The notes below the pieces were generated by a model, which was not told where the DNA came from, ran no database searches, and saw only the letters and a list, made by a program, of their open reading frames with translations. A DNA stretch of 64,000 nucleotides from Leucoraja ocellata (lineage: Eukaryota), in NCBI GenBank assembly GCA_036785375.1, contig JAWMAR010002945.1, positions 1-64,000 of the forward strand. The letters are read 5' to 3'. Positions 13,501-26,870 of this stretch are shown in pieces; position 1 is the stretch's first letter, and every line of letters begins with the position of its first letter. Position numbers and translations under genes: made by a program.

Positions 13501-15419
13501 AGTGGCAGACACCAGGTCACAAAAATTTATTGAAAGTACTGAATGGATGTTGGATAGAACGGTATTTGCTGAAATCACAGTAAAGTATGGAAGGCCGGGT
13601 ATTAGATTTGCATCCAGGTTTAAATCACCAGTTACCGAGGTATGTATCATTGAAACCAGATCCTGGGGCAGAAGCTACAGATGCATTTTCACTGCACTGG
13701 GGGAAATGGTTCATTTATGCATTTCCTCCTTTTTTCTGCCTAATCAATCGGGTACTAAGAGAATTCAACAGGAATCAGCATCTGGGATTTTCTTAGTACC
13801 TGATTGGCTTACCCAACCATGGGTTTTCCGTGGTACAGGACATGGTAACTTTAAGACATAGTCCTAAGTTACTGGTGCATCCAGTAACTCAGGATAGCTA
13901 TCCATGCCATAGAAAATATTGAATTATTGGGTTCTAGACTCTGAAAGACTCGCGACGGGACATGGGGCTATCAAAAAGAACTGTGGACATGATCACAGCA
14001 GCACAAAGAAGGTCTACACAAATACAGTATTTAGGTCATATTAAAAAATGGACTAATTACTGCCATAATAACTATCTGGACCACAGAAATAAGGATGTTC
14101 CGGCGGTGCTAGAGTTTTCTCACCAGCCTGCACTATGAAGGACTTAGTTACAGCACTGTGAATAGTGCCAGAAGTGCATTGTCAAGTTATTGGTGGCAAG
14201 GAACAAAGACAGTCTGTGGGATCACATCCTCTGGTAGTTAAACTTTTAAGAGGCAATTTTAACACCAAGCCACCCAAAACAAGATATAACAAATCAGGGA
14301 GGTAAGTGTGGTCCTGACTATGCTAAGGAATTGGTCGCCGGGCTACAGCATTAAATCTGGATAAACTAACTAAGAAATGGTAATGCTGATGGCGCTAGTC
14401 ACAGCATAAGGGTCCAGTTATTGCAAAAAAGTAAGACTGGATGGCTTCACTATGGCGGCAGGAAGTTAGGTTTTTGTGATCCAGGACCGTGTTATTAAAC
14501 ATAATAGACCAGGATCAGCGGGGCAGGTCATAGAATTTATGGCCTACCCGGAGGACAAACGCCTCTGTATAGTGAAGCACGTTTTGTTATACAGTGAAAG
14601 GACAAAGGCTATCAGAGGCAAGGAAATGGCGTTTAATCAGCTATAAGAAACCGTACCGTAGAGTGTAAATTCAGACCATTTCGCGGTGGCTGAAATATGG
14701 GTTAAGATAGGCGGGAGTGGACACTAACATATTTAAATCTCACTCCACCAGGGCTGCAGCTACATCCGCAGCAAAACGCCTTGATGTATCCATGGACCCA
14801 ATCCTCAGGATTGCAGGATGGTTTCGGAGAAAACGTTTTTTCAGAAATGTTATAACAAACCAGTTAGCAGTATGGGAACGTTTTCGGGGAACATTTTAAG
14901 TTCTGTATGATAATTTATCCATGAAGAATACGGGGTTATGATTTGAATTAATTAGATATTATTTATCATTTCCATTAAATAATTGGTATGAATGTTTTGA
15001 ATATCATTAACAATTTCTCCCAAACTACCAAGGCAGTTGTGAAACATGGACTCGTTCCACGGCATGAGGTCACAGAGCTTTGAAATCTTCACGTAGTCAC
15101 TCACGTGACTCCGAAGTAAAATAGTAAGATTAAACGAGAACTTACCAGTTTGAAGTTTGATCTGTATTTTATGAGGAGGAACGTTGAGGGAATACGTGCC
15201 CTCCGCTCCCACCCTCGTATGGTCATATCTTAAACTGGTATCTCTTTAATAATCTTGCTATTTTAGGTCATTATAGTGTATCTGTGACCTCACACCGCTG
15301 CTTTGAAGGATGACACGCATGCGTCGTACGCGGGCTTCTTCACGTATTCCCTCAACGTTCCTCCTCATAAAATACAGATCAAACTTCAAACTGGTAAGTT
15401 CTCGTTTAATCTTACTATT
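10535..15419 (+). mobile_element. DIRS1-like tyrosine-recombinase retrotransposon (copy 1, degenerate)
   Basis: Inverted terminal repeats and an internal complementary region at about 15085-15200. RT (FMASIDLKDAYY), RNase H (LQTDASAIGWG), methyltransferase-like (DAFSLHW..YAFPPF) and YR (FKSHSTRAAATSAA) fragments. ATT at both ends. Confidence 0.93.
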
Positions 15420-15896
15420 AATGTTTAGTACAAGGTAAAACCAGTAAAGTCCAGTCAAAGATAGTCCGAGGGTCTCCAGTGAGGGAGATAGTAGTTCAGG
15501 ACCACTCTCTGGATGTGGTGGGATGATTCAGTTGCCTGATAACAGCTGGGAAGAAACTGTCCCTGAATGTGGAGGTGTGTAAATAGATCTTCACAGGATA
15601 ATCTATTCTGTTAGCTCCCATTAACTTTGTGAAAACATCAAACAAAACTTCCTTTAGCCTTCTAAATGACAACTTGTTCAGCATCGTGAAAGTAAGCATG
15701 CAGGTAGGTACAGCAGGCAGTGAAGAAAGTGAATGGCATGTTGGCATTCATAACAAGAGGAGTTGAGTATAGGAGCAAACATCCAGAAACAAAAAATACT
15801 ACAAAAAGTTGTGACCATTGCCCAGTTCATCGCTGGCTTTGACCTCCCCACCGTCGAAGAGATCTATCGTAGTCGCTGCCTCAAAAAGGCAGCCAG

Positions 15897-18800
15897 AATA
15901 GTAAGATTAAACGAGAACTTACCAGTTTGAAGTTTGATCTGTATTTTATGAGGAGGAACGTTGAGGGAATACATGAAAGAAGCCCGCTACAGCGCATGCG
16001 TGTCATCCTTCAAAGCAGCGGTGTGAGGTCACAGATACCCTATATTGACCTAAAATAGCAAGATTATCAAAGAGATACCAGTTTAAGATATGACCCTATG
16101 AGGGTGGGAGCGGAGGGCATGTATTCCCTCAACGTTCCTCCTCATAAAATACAGATCAAACTTCAAACTGGTAAGTTCTCGTTTAATCTTACTATTTTAC
16201 TTCGGAGTCACGTGAGGGACTCCATGAAAGATTTCAAAGCTCTGTGACCTCATGCCGTGGAAACGAGTCCATGCTTCACAACTGCCTTGGTAGTTAGAGA
16301 GAAATTGTTAATTATATTCAAAGCATTCATACCAATTATTTAATGGAAATGATTAATAATATCGAATTAATTCAAATCATAACCCTGTATTCTTCAGGGA
16401 TAAATTATCATACAGAACTTAAAATTGTTCCCCGAAAAAACGTTCCCATACTGCTAACTGGTTTGTTAACATTTCTGAAACGTATTCTCCAACAACCATC
16501 CTGCAATCCTGAGGATTTGGTCCATGGATACATCAAGGCGTTTTGCTGCAGATGTAGCTGCAGCCCTGGTGGGGTGAGAATTAAATATGTTATTGTCCAC
16601 TCCCGCCTATCATATCCCATATTTCAGCCACCGCGAAATTGTCTGAGTTACACTCTATGGTACAGTATCTTATAGCTGATTAAACACCAATTCCTTGCCT
16701 CTGATAGCCTTTTTCCCTTACTGTATAACAAAACCGTACTTTACTATACAGAGGCATTTGTCCTCCGGGTAGGCCATCAATTCTATGACCTGCCCCGCTA
16801 ATCCTGGCCTATTTTGTTTAATAATACGGTCCTGGATCACACCCCCAATCTTCGTGCCGCAATAGTGAAGCCATCCAGTCTTACTTTTAGCAATAACTGG
16901 AGCTTATGCACTGTGACTAGCGCTATCAGCATTACCATTTCTAGTTAGTTATCCAGATTTAATGCTGTAGCCAGCGACCAATTCCTTAGCAAGATCAAAG
17001 CCACACTTACATTCCAAATATAGTTGTTTTTTTTTTTGGTTTTTTTTTTTTTTTTTTTTGTGGCTTGGTGTTAACATATCCTCTAAAATTTTTTAACTGC
17101 CAGAGGATGTGATCCCACAGACTGTCTTACTGTTTCTTGCCATTAATGACTTGACAATGCACTTTCGGCACTATTCACAGTGCTGAAACACAGTCCTCCA
17201 TATTGCAGGCTGGTAAGCAACTGTAGCACCCCCGGAACATCCTTATTTCTGTGGTCCAGAAAGTTATCATGGCAGTAATTAGTCCATTTTAATATGACCT
17301 AAATACTGTTATTGAGTAGACCTTCTTCGTGCTGCTGTGATCATGTCCACAGTTCTTTTGATAGCCCCATGTCCCGTAGCGGTGTTTTAGAGTCTACAAC
17401 CTACTAAATCAATATTTTCTATGACATGGATAGCTATCCTCAGTTACTGGATGCACCAGCAACTTAGGACTACGTCTACCGTTATACATAGTTCCAGCAC
17501 CATGTCCTGTACCCCGGAAAACCATAGTTGGGTAAGCCAATCAGGTACTAAGACATCCCCGATGCCGATTCCTGTTGAATGTCCCTTCGTACCCCAAATT
17601 TATAAAAATAGACAAGGAGGTAATACATAAATGAAAAAACCCTCCCCTAGTGCAGTGAAACAGCATCTGTAGCTTCTGCCTCAGGATCTGGTATCAATGA
17701 TACATACCTCGGTAACTGGTGATTTAACCCCGGATGCAATTCTAATATCCGGCCTTACCTACTTTACTGATTTTAGCAAATACCATCTATCCAACATCCA
17801 TTTAGTACTTCCAATAATTTTTCGTGGCCTGGTGTCTGCCACTGATTTAGTATCCCTGGTAGATACGTAGCCCATAACCAAATATTCCTTTGGACACACC
17901 ATTCCCAAGTTTAATTTGCCAATTCATCACAAGCTGGTGATATCTTTCCACCCATATGACTTAAATATGCCATCACCGAGGTATTATCTATCTACCATCT
18001 ACCATGCTGCAGTTTCATTCCTGAGCAATAAGATTTTAGCCCATGAAATGCACTTAACATTTCTAACCCTTAGTGTTATGTAGGTTAGCTTCTTATATAT
18101 TCCATCTCCCCCATAGCTCGAGATGGTATCAGTTGTACCATAACCAATTGCACTGGCATCTGTTTGTAATAGCACAGCCGAGTTGACCTCTGTGGCTTTC
18201 CATATTAGTAAGTCATTAACATATTAAATGTGTTAATGGTGTCAATTTTGACTTAAGTGGATGGACAATGCATCCCAGCTGCACAAACAATTGATTAGTG
18301 GCAACCACTGCCTAACATGCCGATTCCTAAGTTATTCCCACAATAAGGATATCATCCAACTATACCATAATTCTATGATTTTGGTGTTGCAGCAGTCCCA
18401 ACACTGGTTTAAAATTTTTCCCCCAGTTTGATATTGAATAGCAAGGATCTTAAATTAATACTTCCCATAGACTAGCCTGCTGCACACTAAATCTTAGCAC
18501 TGCTAAACATATCCATTTTTAAAATGAATATATTGCACAACATTGTGAAGTATTGATAATCCATTATAATACGGCATCCCCCATCTTTCTTATTTCTAAT
18601 AAAGATGTTTGAGACAAATCCTGTTGTTCAGGTTTAGTTTATTTCATACCAGCATGTATATCTATCCGGTTATGTACTGGAGGGTTTTGTTTGTGTAGAA
18701 CTCTATCAGATATCCCTTAAAACTGCTAAGGATATATCTGTCCATGGATATATTACACCAAGCATCAACATGAAGTTGCAATATCCCCCCAACTTCCGTG

Positions 18801-20499
18801 CTCCCTATTAATACTGGAGCCCCAAATTCACCTACCTCCATGGTTATTGGTGGTAACCAAGTTATTTTCCTTGGTTTCATATGCGGTTGTGGAGAGCCTA
18901 AAGGTTAATTTTAGTTTGCATCTCAGTGGTCGTCCCGGCCAAACCCTAAACAGGACGCTGCTGCTGGGTACCTCTGCCCAATTCTTTGTAGTATAATTAC
19001 AAAAACACACTACCTCTCTTAGGATGCACATAAGGTTAATGTCTTCCCCACGTCTGCAAATGCACCTGTAATAATGGCTACATTGAGAGCACCACAATAT
19101 TCCCGGGGTATAGAACCCTTGCCAACACTTCAGCAAAATATTAGCTTGAAGTTAATGGGTGGACTCACAGTCCTTCAATACTCACAGCCATCCTTCTCGA
19201 AATCATTCTCCGTGAGTTCTGCTGGCAGTACTGCTCATCATGTTCGGCAGGTTGTTTTCCCCCCCTTCAATAGTGGCTCCATCACCTGCTCAGGCTTTAC
19301 CCCGTCAGACCTTCGATACCCTCCTCAGAGGCGTCTGACATTTCATGCAGCCCATATGGGAAACTGCTGTGGGACTTATATTATTTGCCCACTGTGGCTA
19401 TCCTCCAATCCCGGAGCCTGCCACTATGGAGAAATTTACTCCAGCAAACCGCTCCAGCCGACTTACATGCTCTCGGGCACTAGTCGTCGCGGGTGCTTAA
19501 TATATGGGACCGCTCCTGCCGACCTTGGTGCTCTCGGGCACTAGTCGAACGCGGTATATCCCACAGCCCGTCCCCATGCCTACGGGCACTGGACCATTCC
19601 CCCTGGTCCTGGTACTCACGGGCACCTCTACCCATTTAGGGTGAAGTTTGGCACTCGCTCCCTCTTGGGAGATGCTGGTGCCGACATTTATTGCTGCCTG
19701 CTGCTGGTCATTAAACAACAGCAAACTCTGTGTTGGCAGCCCTTCAGCTCTATACTGCCATCAGTAGCTGGTTGCCTGCTGTTCAGCAACACACCAGTAA
19801 CGACCTGTGGCTGTGCCCTGACATCCTTAGCTGGCTCCCTGCTGTTCAGCAACACACCAGTCTCTTCAGAATACAGCAGGCACGTCTGGAAAAAAGCACC
19901 AACAAAGGTAAGGGAAATCTGTTCTTACCTGTACTGGTTTTCAGCCTGCCCTTTTTCAGAGGAACGTCCTTCCTCCCGCAGCCCCACGGACCCCGTAGCG
20001 CAGGTCCATGGGCTGCTGTCCCCGATGTCAGCTCTCTCTCTCCCGGGTGGTGCAGCTGCTTCAATCAGCTGCGGAGCCCCTAGCGACTGCATCTAAAAAT
20101 AGACCCGACTTGGTCTAGAAACTCCCCGGGCCGTGTAGCTTTGTTTCCCGCCCGGCAGCAGTCAATCTTGCCGGTGCGGGGAGCGACGTCGGGCACAGCT
20201 GTTCTGTGCTAAAAATAGCCGTTTGGGAATCCCCTCCAGAGGATTCGCGCTAACTGCTGCTGCTGGTTCTGGCTGCACTATTTCTGCAGTCTCTTCTCCA
20301 GCTCCTGCAGCTTCTTGTATTTCCTACCTGCAAGGTAAGTGGAAAAATTTTTGCAGTCTCTTACCTGCTTCTTTGCATTTCTCTCTAGGGAGACGTCCTC
20401 TCCCACGTCTGACTCGTTGAATGCGTGTATGCGATATGACACGCATGCGCTGTAGCGGGCTTCTTTCATGGAGTCCCTCACGTGACTCCGAAGTAAAAT
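15897..20499 (-). mobile_element. DIRS1-like retrotransposon (copy 2, degenerate)
   Basis: Reverse-complement homology to copy 1 with the same termini. AAT at 15897-15899 and 20497-20499. Inserted into a Rex1-like fragment. Confidence 0.93.
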
Positions 20500-20646
20500 C
20501 ATGAAGGACCCACACCATCCTGGCCACACACTCATCTCACCATTGCCATCAGGAAGAAGTTACAGGAGCCTGGAAATTGTAAAGTCCAGGTACTGGAACA
20601 GCTTCTTCCCTACAGCCATCAAGCTATTAAACACAATGAATAAGCT

Positions 20647-20895
20647 CTGAGCCTTTCTTCCAATCCTCTGAACTCACAGTCAGGAAGTGGCTGGCACTGA
20701 AAGTCCCCCCCTGCTCCAGAGCAGTCGGTGTAGCGCTGGTAGTGGAGGAGATTGGGGCTCCGTCTTTCTCCCAAGTGACGTTTATGAGGTCCGGGTAGAA
20801 ACCAGAGAGCACACACTCGAAGGTGGCTGTGTGGCTGCGCTTGGTCTCTTGGTGAGCTGGAGGCAGCAGTCTGACCTTGGGTCTTTTTGTTTCAA
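20647..20895 (-). pseudogene. IgW: Duplicated CH4-like exon, cassette D, 3'-truncated
   Basis: Homology to sister exons ends at WKKGS and runs into a Rex1-like LINE fragment. No donor site remains. Confidence 0.88.
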
Positions 20896-20937
20896 CTGGA
20901 ACAGAGGAGCAAAGTAGATGTGAGATCCTCTTCCTCA

Positions 20938-21283
20938 AGGGCCTGTCCCACATATGCGACTTTATCGGTGACTGCCGGCACCCGTCATAGGTCGTTACAG
21001 GTCGCCGAAAATTTGAAACAGGTCATGTTGAAAATCCAGCGGTGACCAGCACAAGGTACGACTCTTTGGGCGACTACACACGACGATGCAGGCTTCACAC
21101 CACGACATATCGCCAGGGTGTCACTTGTATGGGCGTGAGTAGTCTCCTCAGTTGCCCAAAGAGTCGTAGCGTCTTTCTGGTCACCACTGAATTTTCAACA
21201 TGTTGAAAACATTCGCCGACCTACAATGACCTACAACGGGTGCCGGCCGTCACCGAAATAGTTGCGTAAGTGGGAAAGGCCCT
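20938..21283. mobile_element. Harbinger-type MITE in the CH3'-CH4' intron (copies also at 22231-22530, 24202-24501, 26172-26521)
   Basis: TIR AGGGCCTGTCCCAC...GTGGGAAAGGCCCT, 3-bp TSD TCA, internally palindromic. Confidence 0.8.
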
Positions 21284-21329
21284 TCATGGTAACTAATGTT
21301 GGCCGTATCATTGCCGATCTCTCGCCCAC

Positions 21330-21632
21330 CTTTGGCACCTTCTGTCCGTGCTGACACTGGTGAGGATGATGGAGATCGTTGGGCAGAGCACACAACCTCC
21401 ACCCCGCTGGTCCACTCCTCCACACTGCTCCGGAGTTTACTGCTCACTCTGTCTTGTGTACTTTCCTCTCTCGGTTGGCGGGTCACAGCCCCTGTAGTTC
21501 TCTCCCTTCCGCTCACTTGCCAGTAGACTTGGACCTGGCTCAGATCAGCGCCCATTACCACGCACACCACAGTAGCGGTCTTGTTGATCCAAATCTCTTC
21601 AGTGAAGGGGTTTTGGATAAAGACAGACAATT
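21330..21632 (-). CDS. IgW: Duplicated CH3-like exon, cassette D (intact)
   Basis: 303 nt, open, splice sites intact. Confidence 0.86.
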
Positions 21633-21870
21633 CTGCAGATGAGAAATAGGAAGCTTACAAACCGGACAAGGTCTGGTGTTGTCGTCACTGATCAACTGGA
21701 CTCTGACAACTTGCATTCATTTTCCAGACTCACTTTATTGACGTGGCATCTTGGTTATCACTCCCTCACTCACACACTGCAACACTTGTCCTTCAGTGCT
21801 AAACTTGTCTGGACCCTATTTTGTGACGGGGTAAAAGATGTGATGATTAGAGTGATTCCCAGCACCGTAC

Positions 21871-22188
21871 CTTGAAAGCTTTTCACTTCCCGGCTGATAC
21901 TGGTGTTCGAGGGGGGATGAGACACTGTACAGCCGAAGACTGAGCCTTTCTTCCAATCCTCTGAACTCACATTCAGGAAGTGGCTGGCACTGAAAGTCCC
22001 CCCCTGCTCCAGAGCAGTCGGTGTAGCGCTGGTAGTGGAGGAGATTGGGGCTCCGTCTTTCTCCCAAGTGATGTTTATGAGGTCCGGGTAGAAACCAGAG
22101 TGCACACACTCGAGGGTGGCTGTGTGGCTGCGCTTGGTTTCTTGGTGAGCTGGAGGCAGCAGTCTGACCTTGGGTCTTTTTGTTTCAA
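21871..22188 (-). CDS. IgW: Duplicated CH4-like exon, cassette C (intact; VETKRPKVRLLPP...FGCTVSHPPSNTSISREVKSFQ)
   Basis: 318 nt, TTCCAG|TT to CAAG|GTACG, open, both Cys present. Confidence 0.88.
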
Positions 22189-22576
22189 CTGGAACAGAGG
22201 AGCAAAGTAGATGTGAGATCCTCTTCCTCAAGGGCCTGTCCCACTTACACAACTTTTTCGGCATCTGCCGCCACCTGTCATAGGTCGGTACAGGTCGCCG
22301 AAAATTTTCAACATGTTGAAAATCCAGTGGCGACCAGAACAAGGAACAAATCTTTGTCGCCAGGGTGTTGCCTCCATGGGCGTGAGTAGTCTCCTCAGTC
22401 GCCCAAAGAGTCGTAACGTCTTTCTGGTCACCACTGGATTTTCAACATGTTGAAAATATTCGCCGACCTGCAACGACCTACGACGGGTGCCGGCCGTCAC
22501 CGAAATAGTTGCGTAAGTGGGAAAGGCCCTTCATGGTAACTAATGTTGGCCGTATCATTGCCGATCTCTCGCCCAC

Positions 22577-22879
22577 CTTTGGCACTTTCTGTCCGTGCTG
22601 ACACTGGTGAGGATGATGGAGATCGTTGGGCAGAGCACACAACCTCCACCCCGCTGGTCCACTCCTCCACACTGCTCCGGAATTTACTGCTCACTCTGTC
22701 TTGGGTACTTTCCTCTCTCGGTTGGCGGGTCACAGCCCCTGTAGTTCTCTCCCTTCCGCTCACTTGCCAGTAGACTTGGACCTGGCTCAGATCAGCGCCC
22801 ATTACCACGCACACCACAGTAGCGGTCTTGTTGATCCAAATCTCTTCAGTGGAGGGGTTTTGGATAAAGACAGACAATT
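22577..22879 (-). CDS. IgW: Duplicated CH3-like exon, cassette C (intact)
   Basis: 303 nt, open, same splice sites as cassette B. Confidence 0.88.
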
Positions 22880-23000
22880 CTGCAGATGAGAAATAGGAAG
22901 CTTACAAACCGGACAAGGTCTGGTGTTGTCGTCACCGATCAACTGGACTCTGACGACTTGCATTCATTTTCCAGACTCACTTTATTGACGTGTGCATAAG

Positions 23001-23710
23001 GAACAACCTCTCTCTCAATGTCTGCTAAACTAAAGAGCTGATCATGGACTACAGGAGACAGCAGGGGAGTGGACACCTCCCCATCCATATTGGTGATGTT
23101 GACATTGAAAGGGTCAGCAGTTTCAAGTTCCTCAGTGTGTACATCAGTGAGGACCTCTCCTGGACACTGCACACGGACACAATAACTAAGAAAGCCCGCC
23201 AGCGGCTCTTTCTCCTGAGAATACTGAGGAAGTTTGGCATGAACGCCAGCATCCTCACAAACGTCTACAGATGCACCATCGAGAGCCTGCTGACGGGTTG
23301 CATCACAGTCTGGTACGGGAACTGTTCTGCCCACAGCCGCAAATCACTACAGAGAGTGGAGAAGGCGGCACAGCACATCACTGGACACTGTCTCCTGGCC
23401 ATTCAGGACATTTTCCACTAGTGGTGCCTGTGGAAGGCACACAGCATCATCAGGGACCACAGCCACCCAGCACACAGACTGTTCTCCTTGTTACCGTCAG
23501 GCACATGATACAGGAGCATCAGGACATCAGGCTAAATACTATATTATTTGTTATTTGCACTATTTGTTATTTATTGAACTTTTTTTTCACTTCCCCCGTT
23601 AGGTACTATGTTTACATATTCACATATTCTGTTGTGTTGCAGCAGGTAAGAATTTCCTTGTCCTGTCCGGGACATATGACAGTAAAACACTCTTGACTCT
23701 TCTTGACTCT
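23001..23710 (+). mobile_element. Rex1/Babar-like LINE 3' fragment (second copy at 24972-25681)
   Basis: ERVSSFKFL..ISEDLSW..KKARQRLFLLR..YRCTIESLLTGCITVWYG, with a TCTTGAC tail. Confidence 0.82.
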
Positions 23711-23841
23711 AGTCTGGGCATCTTGGTTATCACTCCCTCACTCACACACTGCAACACTTGTCCTTCAGTGCTAAACTTGCCTGGGCCTATTTTGTGACGG
23801 GGTAAAAGATGTGATGATTAGAGTGAATCCCAGCACCGTAC

Positions 23842-24159
23842 CTTGAAAGCTTTTCACTTCCCGGCTGATACTGGTGTTCGAGGGGGATGAGACACTGTAC
23901 AGCCGAAGACTGAGCCTTTCTTCCAATCCTCTGAACTCACATTCAGGAAGTGGCTGGCACTGAAAGTCCCCCCCCTGCTCCAGAGCAGTCGGTGTAGCGC
24001 TGGTAGTGGAGGAGATTGGGGCTCCGTCTTTCTCCCAAGTGACGTTTATGAGGTCCGGGTAGAAACCAGAGAGCACACACTCGAGGATGGCTGTGTGGCT
24101 GCGCTTGGTCTCTTGGTGAGCTGGAGGCAGCAGTCTGACCTTGGGTCTTTTTGTTTCAA
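23842..24159 (-). pseudogene. IgW: Duplicated CH4-like exon, cassette B (compensating +1/-1 frameshifts)
   Basis: 318 nt, but the C-run is 8 (versus 7) and the G-run is 5 (versus 6). About 29 codons are read out of frame, losing the second Ig Cys context. Confidence 0.8.
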
Positions 24160-24547
24160 CTGGAACAGAGGAGCAAAGTAGATGTGAGATCCTCTTCCTC
24201 AAGGGCCTGTCCCACTTACACAACTTTTTCGGCATCTGCCGCCACCTGTCATAGGTCGGTACAGGTCGCCGAAAATTTTCAACATGTTGAAAATCCAGTG
24301 GCGACCAGAACAAGGAACAAATCTTTGTCGCCAGGGTGTTGCCTCCATGGGCGTGAGTAGTCTCCTCAGTCGCCCAAAGAGTCGTAACGTCTTTCTGGTC
24401 ACCACTGGATTTTCAACATGTTGAAAATATTCGCCGACCTGCAACGACCTACGACGGGTGCCGGCCGTCACCGAAATAGTTGCGTAAGTGGGAAAGGCCC
24501 TTCATGGTAACTAATGTTGGCCGTATCATTGCCGATCTCTCGCCCAC

Positions 24548-24850
24548 CTTTGGCACTTTCTGTCCGTGCTGACACTGGTGAGGATGATGGAGATCGTTGG
24601 GCAGAGCACACAACCTCCACCCCGCTGGTCCACTCCTCCACACTGCTCCGGAATTTACTGCTCACTCTGTCTTGGGTACTTTCCTCTCTCGGTTGGCGGG
24701 TCACAGCCCCTGTAGTTCTCTCCCTTCCGCTCACTTGCCAGTAGACTTGGACCTGGCTCAGATCAGCGCCCATTACCACGCACACCACAGTAGCGGTCTT
24801 GTTGATCCAAATCTCTTCAGTGGAGGGGTTTTGGATAAAGACAGACAATT
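24548..24850 (-). CDS. IgW: Duplicated CH3-like exon, cassette B (intact; ELSVFIQNPSTEEIWINKTATVVC...ARTESAK)
   Basis: 303 nt, CTGCAG|AA to AAAG|GTGGG, open frame. Confidence 0.88.
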
Positions 24851-25812
24851 CTGCAGATGAGAAATAGGAAGCTTACAAACCGGACAAGGTCTGGTGTTGT
24901 CGTCACCGATCAACTGGACTCTGACGACTTGCATTCATTTTCCAGACTCACTTTATTGACGTGTGCATAAGGAACAACCTCTCTCTCAATGTCTGCTAAA
25001 CTAAAGAGCTGATCATGGACTACAGGAGACAGCAGGGGAGTGGACACCTCCCCATCCATATTGGTGATGTTGACATTGAAAGGGTCAGCAGTTTCAAGTT
25101 CCTCAGTGTGTACATCAGTGAGGACCTCTCCTGGACACTGCACACGGACACAATAACTAAGAAAGCCCGCCAGCGGCTCTTTCTCCTGAGAATACTGAGG
25201 AAGTTTGGCATGAACGCCAGCATCCTCACAAACGTCTACAGATGCACCATCGAGAGCCTGCTGACGGGTTGCATCACAGTCTGGTACGGGAACTGTTCTG
25301 CCCACAGCCGCAAATCACTACAGAGAGTGGAGAAGGCGGCACAGCACATCACTGGACACTGTCTCCTGGCCATTCAGGACATTTTCCACTAGTGGTGCCT
25401 GTGGAAGGCACACAGCATCATCAGGGACCACAGCCACCCAGCACACAGACTGTTCTCCTTGTTACCGTCAGGCACATGATACAGGAGCATCAGGACATCA
25501 GGCTAAATACTATATTATTTGTTATTTGCACTATTTGTTATTTATTGAACTTTTTTTTCACTTCCCCCGTTAGGTACTATGTTTACATATTCACATATTC
25601 TGTTGTGTTGCAGCAGGTAAGAATTTCCTTGTCCTGTCCGGGACATATGACAGTAAAACACTCTTGACTCTTCTTGACTCTAGTCTGGGCATCTTGGTTA
25701 TCACTCCCTCACTCACACACTGCAACACTTGTCCTTCAGTGCTAAACTTGCCTGGGCCTATTTTGTGACGGGGTAAAAGATGTGATGATTAGAGTGAATC
25801 CCAGCACCGTAC

Positions 25813-26129
25813 CTTGAAAGCTTTTCACTTCCCGGCTGATACTGGTGTTCGAGGGGGATGAGACACTGTACAGCCGAAGACTGAGCCTTTCTTCCAATCC
25901 TCTGAACTCACATTCAGGAAGTGGCTGGCACTGAAAGTCCCCCCCTGCTCCAGAGCAGTCGGTGTAGCGCTGGTAGTGGAGGAGATTGGGGCTCCGTCTT
26001 TCTCCCAAGTGACGTTTATGAGGTCCGGGTAGAAACCAGAGAGCACACACTCGAGGATGGCTGTGTGGCTGCGCTTGGTCTCTTGGTGAGCTGGAGGCAG
26101 CAGTCTGACCTTGGGTCTTTTTGTTTCAA
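25813..26129 (-). pseudogene. IgW: Duplicated CH4-like exon, cassette A (-1 frameshift)
   Basis: 317 nt. G-run of 5 at 25853-25857 versus 6 in cassette C. Confidence 0.85.
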
Positions 26130-26567
26130 CTGGAACAGAGGAGCAAAGTAGATGTGAGATCCTCTTCCTCAAGGGCCTGTCCCACTTACACAACTTTTTT
26201 GGCGACTGCCGGCACCCGTCATAGGTCGTTACAGGTCGCCGAAAAATGTAAACATGTTGAAAATCCAGCGGTGACCAGCACAAGGTATGACTATTTGACT
26301 CAAGGTAATGACTACTCACGACCATACTGGCTTCACCCCGCGACATGTCACCAGGTTGTCGCCTCCATGGGCGTGAGTAGTCTCCTCAGTCGCCCAAAGA
26401 GTCGTAACGTCTTTCAGGTTGCCACTGAATTTTCAAAATGTTGAAACTTTTTGGCGACCTACAATGACCTACGACGGGTGCCGGCCATCACCGAAAAAGT
26501 TGCGTAAGTGGGAAAGGCCCTTCATGGTAACTAATGTTGGCTGTATCATTGCCGATCTCTCGCCCAC

Positions 26568-26870
26568 CTTTGGCACTTTCTGTCCGTGCTGACACTGGTG
26601 AGGATGATGGAGATCGTTGGGCAGAGCACACAACCTCCACCCCGCTGGTCCACTCCTCCACACTGCTCCGGAGTTTACTGCTCACTCTGTCTTGTGTACT
26701 TTCCCCTCTCGGTTGGCGGGTCACAGCCCCTGTAGTTCTCTCCCTTCCGCTCACTTGCTAGTAGACTTGGACCTGGCTCAGATCAGCGCCCATTACCACG
26801 CACACCACAGTAGCGGTCTTGTTGATCCAAATCTCTTCAGTAGAGGGGTTTTGGATAAAGACAGACAATT
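26568..26870 (-). pseudogene. IgW: Duplicated CH3-like exon, cassette A (TGG>TAG stop)
   Basis: 303 nt with intact splice sites. TAG at 26758-26760 where sister copies have Trp. Confidence 0.9.

Noticed and set aside
13587-13861. DNA adenine-methyltransferase-like motif as a novel gene
   Set aside because: Known component of DIRS1-type elements, and frameshifted here.
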